Positions 18,906 to 28,001 are shown, counted from the first letter of the stretch. The stretch: 64,000 nucleotides of DNA from Gemmatimonadota bacterium (GCA_039589875.1 JBDHGL010000002.1:6608-70607), one strand, 5' to 3'. Numbers and translations: made by a program. The notes: a model not told the origin generated them from the sequence alone.

Positions 18906-20426
18906 CTAGAGCTCTAGAAAGCACCATTCCTTCGTGGCCGGAGTGGTGCCCATCTGGAGTCCCGTCTCGCTGCCTACGAGGATGTTGTTGGAGTGGTTGA
19001 AGCCGAAGCCGTTCTCCGGATCGTACAGACCCGGCTCGTTGGAGAAGTGCATGCCCTCTCTCATCACCGTGTAGTCTCCCAGGGCATGGTAGGGGGGCTG
19101 GTGGCCCTCCATCCCCTCGCCATGTCCAGGACGGTGGTAGACCAGGTGCTCGACCGAGTTCTCCACCTGGTAGTCGTGAACGGCCTTGGCGACGTTCGAG
19201 CAGACGTTGCCCGCGAAGGACTCCTCCGCCTGGATGTAGTAGGTGCGCGTGTGCACCTCCCACACCCGCTGCTGCCACTCCGTCCAGGGCGCGACGAGGA
19301 ACGAGCGGTACAGCTCGCCTCCGTATCCGCCCACCCGGACGACGCCCGAGATCTGTAGCGCGTCGCCGGGTTGAACCCGTCTCCAGAACATCTGGTTCGG
19401 GTGGGGATAGGCGGTCGTGCGGCCCGTCCGGCAGCCGACCCCGACCGAGATGCCGACCGCCCCGTGCGGCTCTCCGTTGTGTGGGATGTCCTGCATGATC
19501 CGGCTCGTCCCCCAGAGTCTCGCGGCGTTGGCGACCTCCCAATCGATCGCTTCCAGGCCGCGCTCGAGAAGGTAGTTGCGAGCGAAAGCGTGGATCTCGG
19601 ACCAGTAGTCTTCGGCGAGCTGGGTGAGCCGGTTCTCCATCTCGTCCTTGACGATCCGGTTTCGGATCATGATGTCGTTGATGTCGACGAACCAGGCATT
19701 CGGCATGGCCGTGGCCATCTCGCCGAACGACCCGCCCTCCGGTCGCTTCTTCTCCGGGGTCTCGATCTCTCCCCACATGTCGAGCCGGGTCGCGTTCTCC
19801 TGGCCGGGAAGCACGCCGATCTCGGCCAAGCCTCCGGAATCGAGGCCGATGGTGCCGCCGCCGTACCCGAGTCGCTCGAGTGTCTCGCCCCACCAGCGGT
19901 ACAGGTTGACCGTATCTCCCTGCACGACCTCGCCCCGGCTCGGAAAGCCGTCACGCGCGTGGTGGTAGTCGAAGTAGGCGTTGGAGTCCGTCGTCCACCA
20001 GTCGTTGACCAGCTGCTGATCCAGGTACGGATTCAGCCAGATGAGTGCGTCGTCCTGATCCATCGGGAGAAAGCAGGCGAACGGGCGCTCGGTGGTCGAG
20101 TGAAACAGACCGGTGGCGTAGATGATGTTCCAGCGGCGGGTGAGAAAGATGCCCGAATCTACGCCACGCTCCGCCGCGGCGGCTTTCAGCTGCCGGACCT
20201 TGCCCTTGTACCAGGAGAGCGGCAGACGATGGAAGTCGGCCGGCTCGGGCAGTTGGTTCCTGCGAGACCCCTGCTCGCGGCGCAGCAGGGCGAAGCTGTC
20301 CGTTCGGCGCTCGGCACGGGCCATCGCCCGCTCGTCGGGCCAGATGTTCCGAGGTCCGACGACCGCTGCTCCGAGCATTCCGCTACCTGAGGCCGACACG
20401 AACTCTCGGCGACTCCAACGCTGCAT
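18906..20426 (-). CDS. M24 family metallopeptidase (Xaa-Pro aminopeptidase/creatinase-like) with a Tat signal
   Basis: Twin-arginine motif SRREFVSASGSGMLGAAVV. The C-terminal pita-bread fold residues are ...GHGEGMEGHQPP...and...FSNEPGLY. Confidence 0.75.
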   Translation of the reverse strand: MQRWSRREFVSASGSGMLGAAVVGPRNIWPDERAMARAERRTDSFALLRREQGSRRNQLPEPADFHRLPLSWYKGKVRQLKAAAAERGVDSGIFLTRRWNIIYATGLFHSTTERPFACFLPMDQDDALIWLNPYLDQQLVNDWWTTDSNAYFDYHHARDGFPSRGEVVQGDTVNLYRWWGETLERLGYGGGTIGLDSGGLAEIGVLPGQENATRLDMWGEIETPEKKRPEGGSFGEMATAMPNAWFVDINDIMIRNRIVKDEMENRLTQLAEDYWSEIHAFARNYLLERGLEAIDWEVANAARLWGTSRIMQDIPHNGEPHGAVGISVGVGCRTGRTTAYPHPNQMFWRRVQPGDALQISGVVRVGGYGGELYRSFLVAPWTEWQQRVWEVHTRTYYIQAEESFAGNVCSNVAKAVHDYQVENSVEHLVYHRPGHGEGMEGHQPPYHALGDYTVMREGMHFSNEPGLYDPENGFGFNHSNNILVGSETGLQMGTTPATKEWCFLEL

Positions 20427-20501
20427 GTGGGGCTCCTTTCGAGACGATTCGCTAACGATCTTGAGGTGTGGATCCGACGGGGGTGCGTCGCGTCTCAGGA
20501 C

Positions 20502-21944
20502 CTATCTTTCAACCGGAGGCCGTCCGTGGCCAGACGCGAGCGCCGCGCGAGCCGCGTGATAGCCACACATCCCGTGCACACCGCCGCCGGGCGGCGTCGA
20601 AGCCGAGCAGAGGTAGATCCCCCGGATAGGCGTCGCGTAGGGGCGCTTGGCCGGAAACGGCCGGGCCAGCGTCTGGAAGAGGGTGTTCGCGCCGCCCGTG
20701 ATGTCTCCGCCGACGATGTTGGCGTTCCTTCCCTCGAGCTCTGCCGGGCCGAGCGCGCTTCGAGCCAGTATGCAATCCCGGAAGCCGGGAGCGAACCGCT
20801 CTACCTGCGCCTCGATCCGATCGGTCATGTCCTGGCTGGAGCCGCTGGGGACATGGCAATAGGCCCAGGCGGTGTGGCTTCCGTCAGGGGCTCGCGATGG
20901 GTCGAACAGGCTCTGCTGAGCGAGCAGCACGAAGGGTCGCTCGGCTGCCCTGCCGTCCCAGGCATCGCGCTCCGAGCTCGCGATCTCCTCGAAGCTTCCT
21001 CCGACGTGGACCGTCGCGGCCCGCCGGCACTCGGAGGCGCGCCACGGGATCGGCTCGCTCAACGCCCAGTCGAGCTTGAACGCACCAGGGCCGTAACGAT
21101 AGCCGGCCAGCCGCCTTCGGTAATGTGCCGGGAGGCGGTCACCCGCCAACTCCAGGAACTGTCGCGGCGTCAGAGAGAGGAGGATCGGTCCGGCCCCGTC
21201 CAGGTCGTCCAGGCTCATGACGGGTCGCTCTGTCACGATCTCTCCGCCGAGGTCCCGCAGAACGGCCTGCAGGCCCTCTGCCAACCGCTCCGAGCCGCCC
21301 CGCGGAAACGGCCAGCCCACGTCGTGGCCCAGTGCCGCAAGCACGAGCCCGAAAGACGCGCTGGGGCGCGCGTCCAGGGGGATGACGGAGTGGCCGGCCA
21401 GCCCGGCCAGAAGCGCTCGGGCTCTATCTTCGTCGAAGCGCCTTGCCACCGACCGGGCGGAGCGTAGGGCGAGCCCCCCGAAGCGGGCGAGCGTCAAGGG
21501 GTGCCTCGGAAGTCCGAGAGGTGACAGGAGATCGACCTCCAGCCTCTCCCAGCCCTCGACGATCGGATTGATGAGCCGCCGATAAGAATCCCCGTCAGCA
21601 CCCAGACCCGACGCGGTATCGTCGATCGAACGCTCCAGAACCACGGCCGTGCCGTCGTCGAGCGGATGGGCCAGCGGCGCGGCCGGCTGTACCCAGGTGA
21701 CGCCGTGCTCCTCGAGTCGCAAACCGCGAAAGAACGGGGACGCGAACCCGAGGGGATGGATGGCCGAGCAGACGTCGTGGCGGAAGCCGGGCAGGGTCAG
21801 CTCGGCGGTGCGCAGACCTCCGCCTACCCGCTCGCCTGCCTCGTAAAGGGTGACCTTTCGGCCCGCCTGTCCGAGGACGATCGCCGCTGCCAGGCCGTTC
21901 GGACCGGCACCGACAACGGCAGCCTCTCGCTGGGATCCGCTCAT
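20502..21944 (-). CDS. Phytoene desaturase (CrtI)-family FAD-dependent oxidoreductase
   Basis: The internal start gives MSGSQREAAVVGAGPNGLAAAIVLGQAGRKVTLYEAGERVGG (dinucleotide-binding motif). The C-terminal region is typical of the CrtI/amine-oxidase family. I chose the start at 21944 so that a roughly 68-nt divergent intergenic region remains before the AOS gene. Confidence 0.7.
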   Translation of the reverse strand: MSGSQREAAVVGAGPNGLAAAIVLGQAGRKVTLYEAGERVGGGLRTAELTLPGFRHDVCSAIHPLGFASPFFRGLRLEEHGVTWVQPAAPLAHPLDDGTAVVLERSIDDTASGLGADGDSYRRLINPIVEGWERLEVDLLSPLGLPRHPLTLARFGGLALRSARSVARRFDEDRARALLAGLAGHSVIPLDARPSASFGLVLAALGHDVGWPFPRGGSERLAEGLQAVLRDLGGEIVTERPVMSLDDLDGAGPILLSLTPRQFLELAGDRLPAHYRRRLAGYRYGPGAFKLDWALSEPIPWRASECRRAATVHVGGSFEEIASSERDAWDGRAAERPFVLLAQQSLFDPSRAPDGSHTAWAYCHVPSGSSQDMTDRIEAQVERFAPGFRDCILARSALGPAELEGRNANIVGGDITGGANTLFQTLARPFPAKRPYATPIRGIYLCSASTPPGGGVHGMCGYHAARAALASGHGRPPVER

Positions 21945-22012
21945 GATTGCAGCGATCTCTGACCGCAGGTAGCTTCCCGTGCTCCGCTCCGCCATCGGAA
22001 AGGTCACACGTC

Positions 22013-23194
22013 ATGCACGTTTTCGCTAAGTGCGAGAACTTCACTACCTCCCTCGAGCTCCGAGAGATCGGCTTGTATCCGTACTTTCAGCCGATCGAGG
22101 AGTCGTGTGACACGACCGTCGTCATCAAAGGCGAGCGAAAGGTCATGGTCGGGTCCAACAACTACATGGGCCTGACCCACGATCCGCGCATCCTGGAAGC
22201 CGCTCGAGAGGCGCTCGACCGATACGGCAGCGGCAATACGGGCAGCCGGTTCCTGAACGGGAACCTCGACCTGCACGATCGGCTCGAGGAGGAGCTCGCG
22301 CAGTTCGTCGGCAAGGAGGCGGCGCTCGTCTTCAGCACGGGCTATCTGACGAACCTGGGGACCCTCTCGGCGCTGATCGGACGGAACGACACGGTCTTCG
22401 TCGACAAGCTGGACCACGCCTGCATCCAGGATGGCGCCCGGCTGGGCTTCGGAAGGGTCCAGCGCTTCAATCACGGCGACTACGGCAAGCTGCGCCAGAT
22501 GCTGGCCGCGGAGAAGGAGGAGCGAGGCAAGCTGATCGCCGTCGATGGCGTGTACAGCATGGAGGGTGATCTGGCCGATCTCCCGAGCCTCGTCCAGCTT
22601 CGTGAGGAGTACGGAGCCGGACTGATCGTAGATGACGCCCACTCACTCGGCGTGGTCGGGCCGGTGGGCGACGGCACGGCGGCCCACTTCGACCTCACCG
22701 AGCGCGTCGACCTGATCACCGGAACCTTCTCCAAGTCGTTCGCCTCCATCGGGGGTTTCGTGGCCGGCAGCGCCACGATCTGCGAGTACCTCCGCAACAA
22801 CTCTCGAGCTCTGATCTTCAGTGCGAGCATGCCGCCCGCCGCAGTCGCCACGGTTCTCAAGGCACTCGAGATCATCCGGGCCGAGCCGTGGCGGCGAGAA
22901 CAGCTGTGGAAGAACACCCACAAGATGACCGAGGGCTTTCGAACGATAGGCTTCGAGATCGGACCCACGGAGACCCCGATCATCCCTGTGCTCGTCGGGC
23001 CCATGGACAAGACCTTCCGGTTCTGGCGCGAGCTGTTCGACGCGGGAGTGTTTACGAACCCGGTCGTACCGCCCGCGGTGCCCGAAGGGAGCTGCCGCCT
23101 CCGCACGAGCTACATGGCGACCCATACCGAGGAGCAGCTGGATTTCGTTCTCGAGTGCATCGAGAAGATCGGCAAGAAGCTCCAGGTCGTGTAG
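22013..23194 (+). CDS. Alpha-oxoamine synthase family PLP enzyme (serine palmitoyltransferase / 8-amino-7-oxononanoate synthase-like)
   Basis: 393 aa from the ATG at 22013 (MHVFAKCENF...). Motifs: GSNNYMGL, GSGNTGSRFLNG, the PLP lysine in GTFSKSF, and ...DDAHSLGVVG. Confidence 0.85.
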   Translation: MHVFAKCENFTTSLELREIGLYPYFQPIEESCDTTVVIKGERKVMVGSNNYMGLTHDPRILEAAREALDRYGSGNTGSRFLNGNLDLHDRLEEELAQFVGKEAALVFSTGYLTNLGTLSALIGRNDTVFVDKLDHACIQDGARLGFGRVQRFNHGDYGKLRQMLAAEKEERGKLIAVDGVYSMEGDLADLPSLVQLREEYGAGLIVDDAHSLGVVGPVGDGTAAHFDLTERVDLITGTFSKSFASIGGFVAGSATICEYLRNNSRALIFSASMPPAAVATVLKALEIIRAEPWRREQLWKNTHKMTEGFRTIGFEIGPTETPIIPVLVGPMDKTFRFWRELFDAGVFTNPVVPPAVPEGSCRLRTSYMATHTEEQLDFVLECIEKIGKKLQVV

Positions 23195-23343
23195 GCAGCA
23201 GGTCTCGAGACGCTCACCTGACGAGCCCGAATCGCCGCCCGTTGAGTCAGAACACCGCCCCCGGCACGAGCCCGGACGCCCCAGGCGCCAGCCTCCCGGC
23301 CCCAGCCGTCTCCGTCATACCGGCGACGCCGCAGAGCGACACC

Positions 23344-24426
23344 ATGGAGGCCTTCATCCGACTCCCGTGGTCGATCTACGAGGGTGATCCCACCTGGGTC
23401 CCACCGCTGTTGCACGATATGCGTGTGATGATGAACCCGGAGCGCCATCCGTTCTACAGACACTCCGAGGTGCAGGCATTTCTCGCCCTCCGAGACGGTC
23501 GGCCCGTCGGCCGGGTGGCGGCGATCCGAAACCGGCGCCACGAGGAGTTCCAAGGCGAGAGGATCGGGTTCTTCGGGTTCTACGAGTGCGAAGACGATGC
23601 GGCTGCTTCCGCCTCCCTGCTCGAGGCCGCCGCCGCTTGGCTTGCCGAGCGTGGGCTGGAGGGGATGCGAGGGCCGGCCAGCTTTTCGACGAACGAGCAG
23701 GCCGGCTTGCTCGTCGAGGGGTTCGACGATCCACCCGCGGTTCTGATGAACTACAATCCGCGGTACTACGAGGAGCAGATGCTCGCCTACGGCTTGAGGC
23801 CCTCCAAGACGCTGGTCGCCTATTACCTCCATGCGGGCCAGCCGCCGGAGTATCTGGCGCGAGCCGCGGCAGCCGTAGAGCGACGGACGGGAGTGAAGGT
23901 CAGGCCGTTGAGCAAGCGCGATTTCGGACGGGACCTCGAGATCATCAAGGATCTCTACAACTCGGCGTGGGAGCGTAACTGGGGGTTCGTGCCGATGACC
24001 GACGAGGAGATCGACCATATGGCAAAGGAGTTGAAGCCGGTTCTGGATCCTCGTCTAGCGCTGATCGGCGAAGACCCGGAGGGGCGGCCGGTGGGCTTCG
24101 CTCTGGCCCTGCCCGACCTGAATCAGGTGCTCAAGCACCTGAACGGCCGGCTCTTGCCGTTCGGGATCCTCAAGGCCCTATGGCTGCGCCGAAAGGTCGA
24201 CCGCCTCCGCGTGCTCACCCTCGGCGTGCGAGAGGAGTACCGCGGCCGCGGCCTCGACGCGCTCTTCTACCTCGGCATTTTCCGCGGCGGCAACGTCCAG
24301 GGAATCGATCGGGGCGAGTTCTCCTGGGTGCTCGAGGACAACGACATGATCCGAAAGCCCCTGGAGCGAATGGGGGCCCGCATCTACAAGCGTTACCGCC
24401 TGTACGACGGACCCCTCGTCTCGTGA
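23344..24426 (+). CDS. Large (about 360 aa) GNAT-family acyltransferase and candidate N-acyltransferase of the lipid cluster (bacterial ceramide synthase-like). The functional call is inference.
   Basis: The ATG at 23344 gives MEAFIRLPWSIYEGDPTWVPPLL... The C-terminal part carries GNAT motif A (VREEYRGRGLDALFYLGIF). Frame-contiguous upstream sequence may hold an alternative non-ATG start. Confidence 0.65.
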   Translation: MEAFIRLPWSIYEGDPTWVPPLLHDMRVMMNPERHPFYRHSEVQAFLALRDGRPVGRVAAIRNRRHEEFQGERIGFFGFYECEDDAAASASLLEAAAAWLAERGLEGMRGPASFSTNEQAGLLVEGFDDPPAVLMNYNPRYYEEQMLAYGLRPSKTLVAYYLHAGQPPEYLARAAAAVERRTGVKVRPLSKRDFGRDLEIIKDLYNSAWERNWGFVPMTDEEIDHMAKELKPVLDPRLALIGEDPEGRPVGFALALPDLNQVLKHLNGRLLPFGILKALWLRRKVDRLRVLTLGVREEYRGRGLDALFYLGIFRGGNVQGIDRGEFSWVLEDNDMIRKPLERMGARIYKRYRLYDGPLVS

Positions 24427-24430
24427 TCGG

Positions 24431-25390
24431 GTGCGCGACATGACGATGCCTACCACCCTCATCACCGGCGCGACCGGCTTTCTCGGCGGCCAGGTCGCGG
24501 CCGCCTGGGTCGATCAGGGACACTCGGTTCGCTGCACGGTGCGGGCGACGAGCGATGCCAGTCGGCTGAACGACCTGGGCGTGGAGCTCGCGGAGTGGGA
24601 CGTCCACGCCACCGAGGGCGTGCGATCGGCCCTGGAGGGGATCGACACCGTGGTTCACGTCGCCGGGATCACCCGAGCGCCGCGCGAGACCGAGTACTTC
24701 CAGGTAAACGCGACCGGCGCCGGCCGCTTGGCGGAAGCGGCCGCCTCCGCTGGCGTGAGACGCTTCGTTCTCGTCAGCAGCCTTGCGGCACGGGGACCGG
24801 ACGGCGGGACCGGCCCGATCTCCGCGTACGGCGCGAGCAAGCTCCGGGGCGAGGAGCTCGTGCGACTGTTCGAGGAGAAGATGGAGATCGTCATCTTGCG
24901 GCCAGGGGGGATCTACGGGCCGCGGGACACCGACATGTTCCCCCTGTTCGAATCAGCCAGTCGCGGATGGCTTGTGGCGCCGGCCGGCGGTCCGCCGCTG
25001 CAGCCGATCTACGTGACCGACGCGGCGAGTCTCACGGTCGCGGCAGGAACGGCGCCCCACGCGATCGGACCGTTCCCGGTAGCGGAGGAAGGGCAGTACG
25101 AGTGGACCGATGTGCGCGATGGTCTTGCCGCCGCTCTCGATCGGCAGATCCGCATCGTCTCGCTGCCGGCGACCGTTTTCATCTCCATCGGCGCCGTAGC
25201 GGAGACCGCGGCCCGCCTGTTGAGGAAGGATCCGCCGCTCGACAAGCGAAACGCGATCGACCTGAGCCGGCACGGATGGACGTGCGATACGGCACCGACG
25301 CGCGAGACGTTCGGGTGGCGCACCGAGGTGGCTCTGCCGGAGGGTTTGGCGAAGACCGTGCGCTGGTACCGCGACGCCGGGTGGTTGTGA
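24431..25390 (+). CDS. NAD(P)-dependent epimerase/dehydratase-fold reductase (CerR-like 3-ketosphinganine reductase candidate)
   Basis: Motifs: LITGATGFLGGQVAAAW, YGASKLRGE (YxxxK), and RPGGIYGPRD. It lies 4 nt after the GNAT stop. Confidence 0.8.
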   Translation: MRDMTMPTTLITGATGFLGGQVAAAWVDQGHSVRCTVRATSDASRLNDLGVELAEWDVHATEGVRSALEGIDTVVHVAGITRAPRETEYFQVNATGAGRLAEAAASAGVRRFVLVSSLAARGPDGGTGPISAYGASKLRGEELVRLFEEKMEIVILRPGGIYGPRDTDMFPLFESASRGWLVAPAGGPPLQPIYVTDAASLTVAAGTAPHAIGPFPVAEEGQYEWTDVRDGLAAALDRQIRIVSLPATVFISIGAVAETAARLLRKDPPLDKRNAIDLSRHGWTCDTAPTRETFGWRTEVALPEGLAKTVRWYRDAGWL

Positions 25391-25391
25391 G

Positions 25392-26264
25392 ATGACAGGC
25401 AGAGACGACGCCACGGGCCTGCTCGCCATCGACCGGTTGGCCCTCACCTATATCGGCCTGACAGCCGTCTTCGGGCTGGTGGCGGGGGGATGGGGGCTCG
25501 CCATTACCGGACTGCACGCGACCGCGATAGTCCTGATTCTCTGGGCAGCCCGCAGGCCTCTGCCGACGGGTCCGGTGGGAAGGTTCTTCCGGCTTCTGTA
25601 CCCGGTGATCGCTACGCCCCTGTACTACAAGGAGCTGGCGGTCCTGACCCCGACATTCCACACAACCACTCTGTTCGATTCGATCGTCCAGAGCTGGGAG
25701 ATCGGCGTCTTCGGTTCCCAGATCAGCCAGGAGGCCATCAACTGGCTGCCCTGGTTCTGGCTCTCCGAGTTCATGCAGCTCGGCTACCTGACGTACTACT
25801 TCGTCATCCCCTTCCTGGCCATCGCGGCGTGGCGGGCGACGGGTGTGGCCGGTTTTCACCGCTTCTCGGTCACCGTCACCCTCGCCTTCATCGTCTGCTA
25901 TTTGTGGTTTGTCGCTTTTCCCGTGGCGGGCCCGAGGTATTGGTTCGGCGCACTGGAGGGGCCGCTCACAGATGGCAGCTTCGGCACTTTCACGCGCAAC
26001 ATGCTCGCGGCCGCCTCGTCGAAGGGGACCGCCTTCCCGAGCTCCCACGTCGCCGGGACGGTAGCCGCATGGTTTGCCGCGGGCTTGGAGGACGAGAGGC
26101 CGTTCTTTTTCGCCGCCGTGCCCGTGCTGGCGCTCACGATCGGAACCATCTGGGGCGGGTATCACTATGCCATCGATGCGGCAGCCGGCGTCCTGATCGC
26201 GGTCGCCGCGACCGCGATCGCGCCACGCCTCGTGGCCCGCGCACCGCTTGCGGAGGGGGCGTGA
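25392..26264 (+). CDS. PAP2-superfamily integral membrane protein (Aur1/sphingomyelin-synthase-like head-group transferase or lipid phosphatase candidate)
   Basis: Multiple TM helices. PAP2 C2/C3-like motifs FPSSHVAGT and YHYAIDAAAGVLIA. Its start lies 1 nt after the reductase stop. Confidence 0.7.
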   Translation: MTGRDDATGLLAIDRLALTYIGLTAVFGLVAGGWGLAITGLHATAIVLILWAARRPLPTGPVGRFFRLLYPVIATPLYYKELAVLTPTFHTTTLFDSIVQSWEIGVFGSQISQEAINWLPWFWLSEFMQLGYLTYYFVIPFLAIAAWRATGVAGFHRFSVTVTLAFIVCYLWFVAFPVAGPRYWFGALEGPLTDGSFGTFTRNMLAAASSKGTAFPSSHVAGTVAAWFAAGLEDERPFFFAAVPVLALTIGTIWGGYHYAIDAAAGVLIAVAATAIAPRLVARAPLAEGA

Positions 26265-26309
26265 GGACGTGAGCCTGCGCCGGTAGCTTCAAGCCGGGAG
26301 ATTCTGAAG

Positions 26310-26618
26310 ATGGAAGAACTGGAAATCCTCGCGCCGATGATCGTTACCGTCACGCTGATCCTCGTGGTCGGGGCGGTCATCCTGCTGAAGCCGGTCTCCA
26401 AGCAGGCCTCCGCCCTGCTCGAGCAGATGCTCAAGGATCGAAGAGCCGGTCAGGGCACCCATGACTCCGAGCGACTAACTGCAACGCTGGAAGGTATTTC
26501 GGAGCGTATGCGGCTGCTGGAGGAGCGTCAGACGTTCGCCGAATCGCTGATCCAGACGCGATCGGAGGAGCCTCTCCTGATTCCGCGCGAGCCGGACGCG
26601 GCGAAATCGGAGGAGTAG
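26310..26618 (+). CDS. Small hypothetical membrane protein
   Basis: 102 aa with one N-terminal TM helix (ILAPMIVTVTLILVVGAVILL) followed by a charged tail. No motif recognised. Confidence 0.4.
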   Translation: MEELEILAPMIVTVTLILVVGAVILLKPVSKQASALLEQMLKDRRAGQGTHDSERLTATLEGISERMRLLEERQTFAESLIQTRSEEPLLIPREPDAAKSEE

Positions 26619-26643
26619 ACGCCCGATTCCCGGCGCGGCACGG

Positions 26644-26669
26644 GCAACCAAACCGCGCTGCCAGGCGTC
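26644..26669 (+). promoter_or_regulatory. Candidate ECF-type promoter (GCAAC - 17 nt - CGTC) upstream of the ECF sigma gene
   Basis: gGCAACcaaaccgcgctgccaggCGTCgaa lies about 30 nt upstream of the 26699 start. It resembles the GGAAC-N16-17-CGTC autoregulatory promoters of ECF sigma factors. Confidence 0.3.
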
Positions 26670-26698
26670 GAATGGACGGACAAAAGTAAAGGACTCGG

Positions 26699-27253
26699 GT
26701 GGAAGAGCAGGCACTCGTAGACCGCGCCAAGGCAGGCGATCGAATCGCGATGAGCCATCTGTACGAAGCTCATTCGCGGAGGGTTTACGCCGTGGTGCGG
26801 CGGCTGGCAGGCGACGATGACCTCGCTGCCGATCTGTCCCAAGACGCGTGGGTGAGGGCGTTCGAGCGCATTCACCTCTATCGTGGCGAGGCGGCGTTCG
26901 GCACATGGATTCATCGATTGGCGACCAATGTGGCCCTCAACCGGTTGCGTCGACGCACGAAGCGGCCGGAGGTAGAGCGGTCGGCGGTCGGGTTTCCGAC
27001 GTACGAGAAACCGTCGGACGATGCCGTGATCAGCCGCCGGATCCTGAGCGAGGCGCTGGACAGATTGCCGGACGGATACCGGCGCGTGCTTGTGCTGCAC
27101 GACGTCGAGGGTTGGACACATGAGGAAATCGGTAAGGAGCTGGGGATCGCTTCCGGCACCTCTAAATCACAGCTTCACAAGGCGCGCGCGCGAATGCGGC
27201 AGTTCATCGCCCCGTCCGCCGTCACCAGCGAAGCAGGGAATGGCCTACAATGA
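26699..27253 (+). CDS. ECF (sigma-70 family) RNA polymerase sigma factor
   Basis: Region 2 (DLSQDAWVRAFER) and region 4 (VLVLHDVEGWTHEEIGKELGIASGTSKSQLHKAR) are present. Confidence 0.85.
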   Translation: MEEQALVDRAKAGDRIAMSHLYEAHSRRVYAVVRRLAGDDDLAADLSQDAWVRAFERIHLYRGEAAFGTWIHRLATNVALNRLRRRTKRPEVERSAVGFPTYEKPSDDAVISRRILSEALDRLPDGYRRVLVLHDVEGWTHEEIGKELGIASGTSKSQLHKARARMRQFIAPSAVTSEAGNGLQ

Positions 27254-27951
27254 CTGAAACGAAGTCGGAGCACCTGACGCTCGAGATGATTTCGGCGGTG
27301 CTCGAGGAGCCGGAGCTCCATCCGGACGCGGAGACGCACCTGGCTACGTGCGAGATCTGTGGTCTGGAGCACTCGCGGATGCGGCGCATGCTGATGGCCC
27401 TGTCGGGCCTGGGCGAGATCGAGCCGCCGGAGGGCGAGTGGGAGCGAATCGAGGCAAAGCTGCCTGACGAGCGGCAGGTCATCCCGTTCCGGCGCCTGGG
27501 CGTATTCGCTGCTTGGCCAGCTCAAGCGGCCGCCGCGATGCTCGTGTTCGCCGGAGGGATCGCCGCGGGGCTCGCGCTGACCGGTGGTCCGGATGGTGCG
27601 GCCACGTCGGTCGCCGCCGGAGATGCCCTTCCGTACGTCGGGGAGCCGGTGGCGGTCGGTCCGCAGACGGCGTCTCCGTTCGCGTCAGGGCGGTACTACG
27701 ATGCGGTTGCAGAGCTGGAGGGACTCCGCACCCGGCCCGTGAGCTCGGGAAATCTGATGGAGAATCCGGCGGCCGCGGCAGCGCGGTTGGCGAGGTTGGA
27801 CGCTCTGATCCTTGCCTCGCGTGAGGAGCTGGCGAGATCCCCGGCCGATCCGGCGATCAACAACCTCCTTTTCGAGCTCGTCGAGGAGCGGGATGCCCTG
27901 GCGGACGGTTTCGAAGGCACGGTTCGACTCGCAGGGCTCGAGTACAGGTAG
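27250..27951 (+). CDS. Anti-sigma factor (zinc-finger ZAS-like, single TM)
   Basis: Its ATG overlaps the sigma stop (ATGA). It carries an H-x3-C-x2-C motif (HLATCEICG) and a central hydrophobic helix. Confidence 0.7.
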   Translation: MTETKSEHLTLEMISAVLEEPELHPDAETHLATCEICGLEHSRMRRMLMALSGLGEIEPPEGEWERIEAKLPDERQVIPFRRLGVFAAWPAQAAAAMLVFAGGIAAGLALTGGPDGAATSVAAGDALPYVGEPVAVGPQTASPFASGRYYDAVAELEGLRTRPVSSGNLMENPAAAAARLARLDALILASREELARSPADPAINNLLFELVEERDALADGFEGTVRLAGLEYR

Positions 27952-28001
27952 CTCGGGGAAGCAAACTGGACGGATAGATAAAGGTTCTAGATAGAGGATC
28001 G

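Noticed and set aside
18895-19893. 332-aa minus-strand ORF
   Set aside because: It is in an alternative frame inside the M24 peptidase gene, with extreme Arg content.
19371-20390. 339-aa plus-strand ORF
   Set aside because: It is antisense to the M24 peptidase gene.
20427-21467. 346-aa plus-strand ORF
   Set aside because: It is antisense to the CrtI-like oxidoreductase gene.
22888-23343. 5' extension of the GNAT ORF, from ORF-track start 22888
   Set aside because: It overlaps the last 300 nt of the AOS gene in another frame and is Arg-rich. The ATG at 23344 gives a clean N-terminus. A short in-frame extension between 23195 and 23343 cannot be excluded.
23110-24018. 302-aa minus-strand ORF
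   Set aside because: It is antisense to the GNAT gene.
25179-26165. 328-aa minus-strand ORF
   Set aside because: It is antisense to the PAP2 gene. It is hydrophilic and Arg-rich, whereas the sense frame encodes coherent TM helices.
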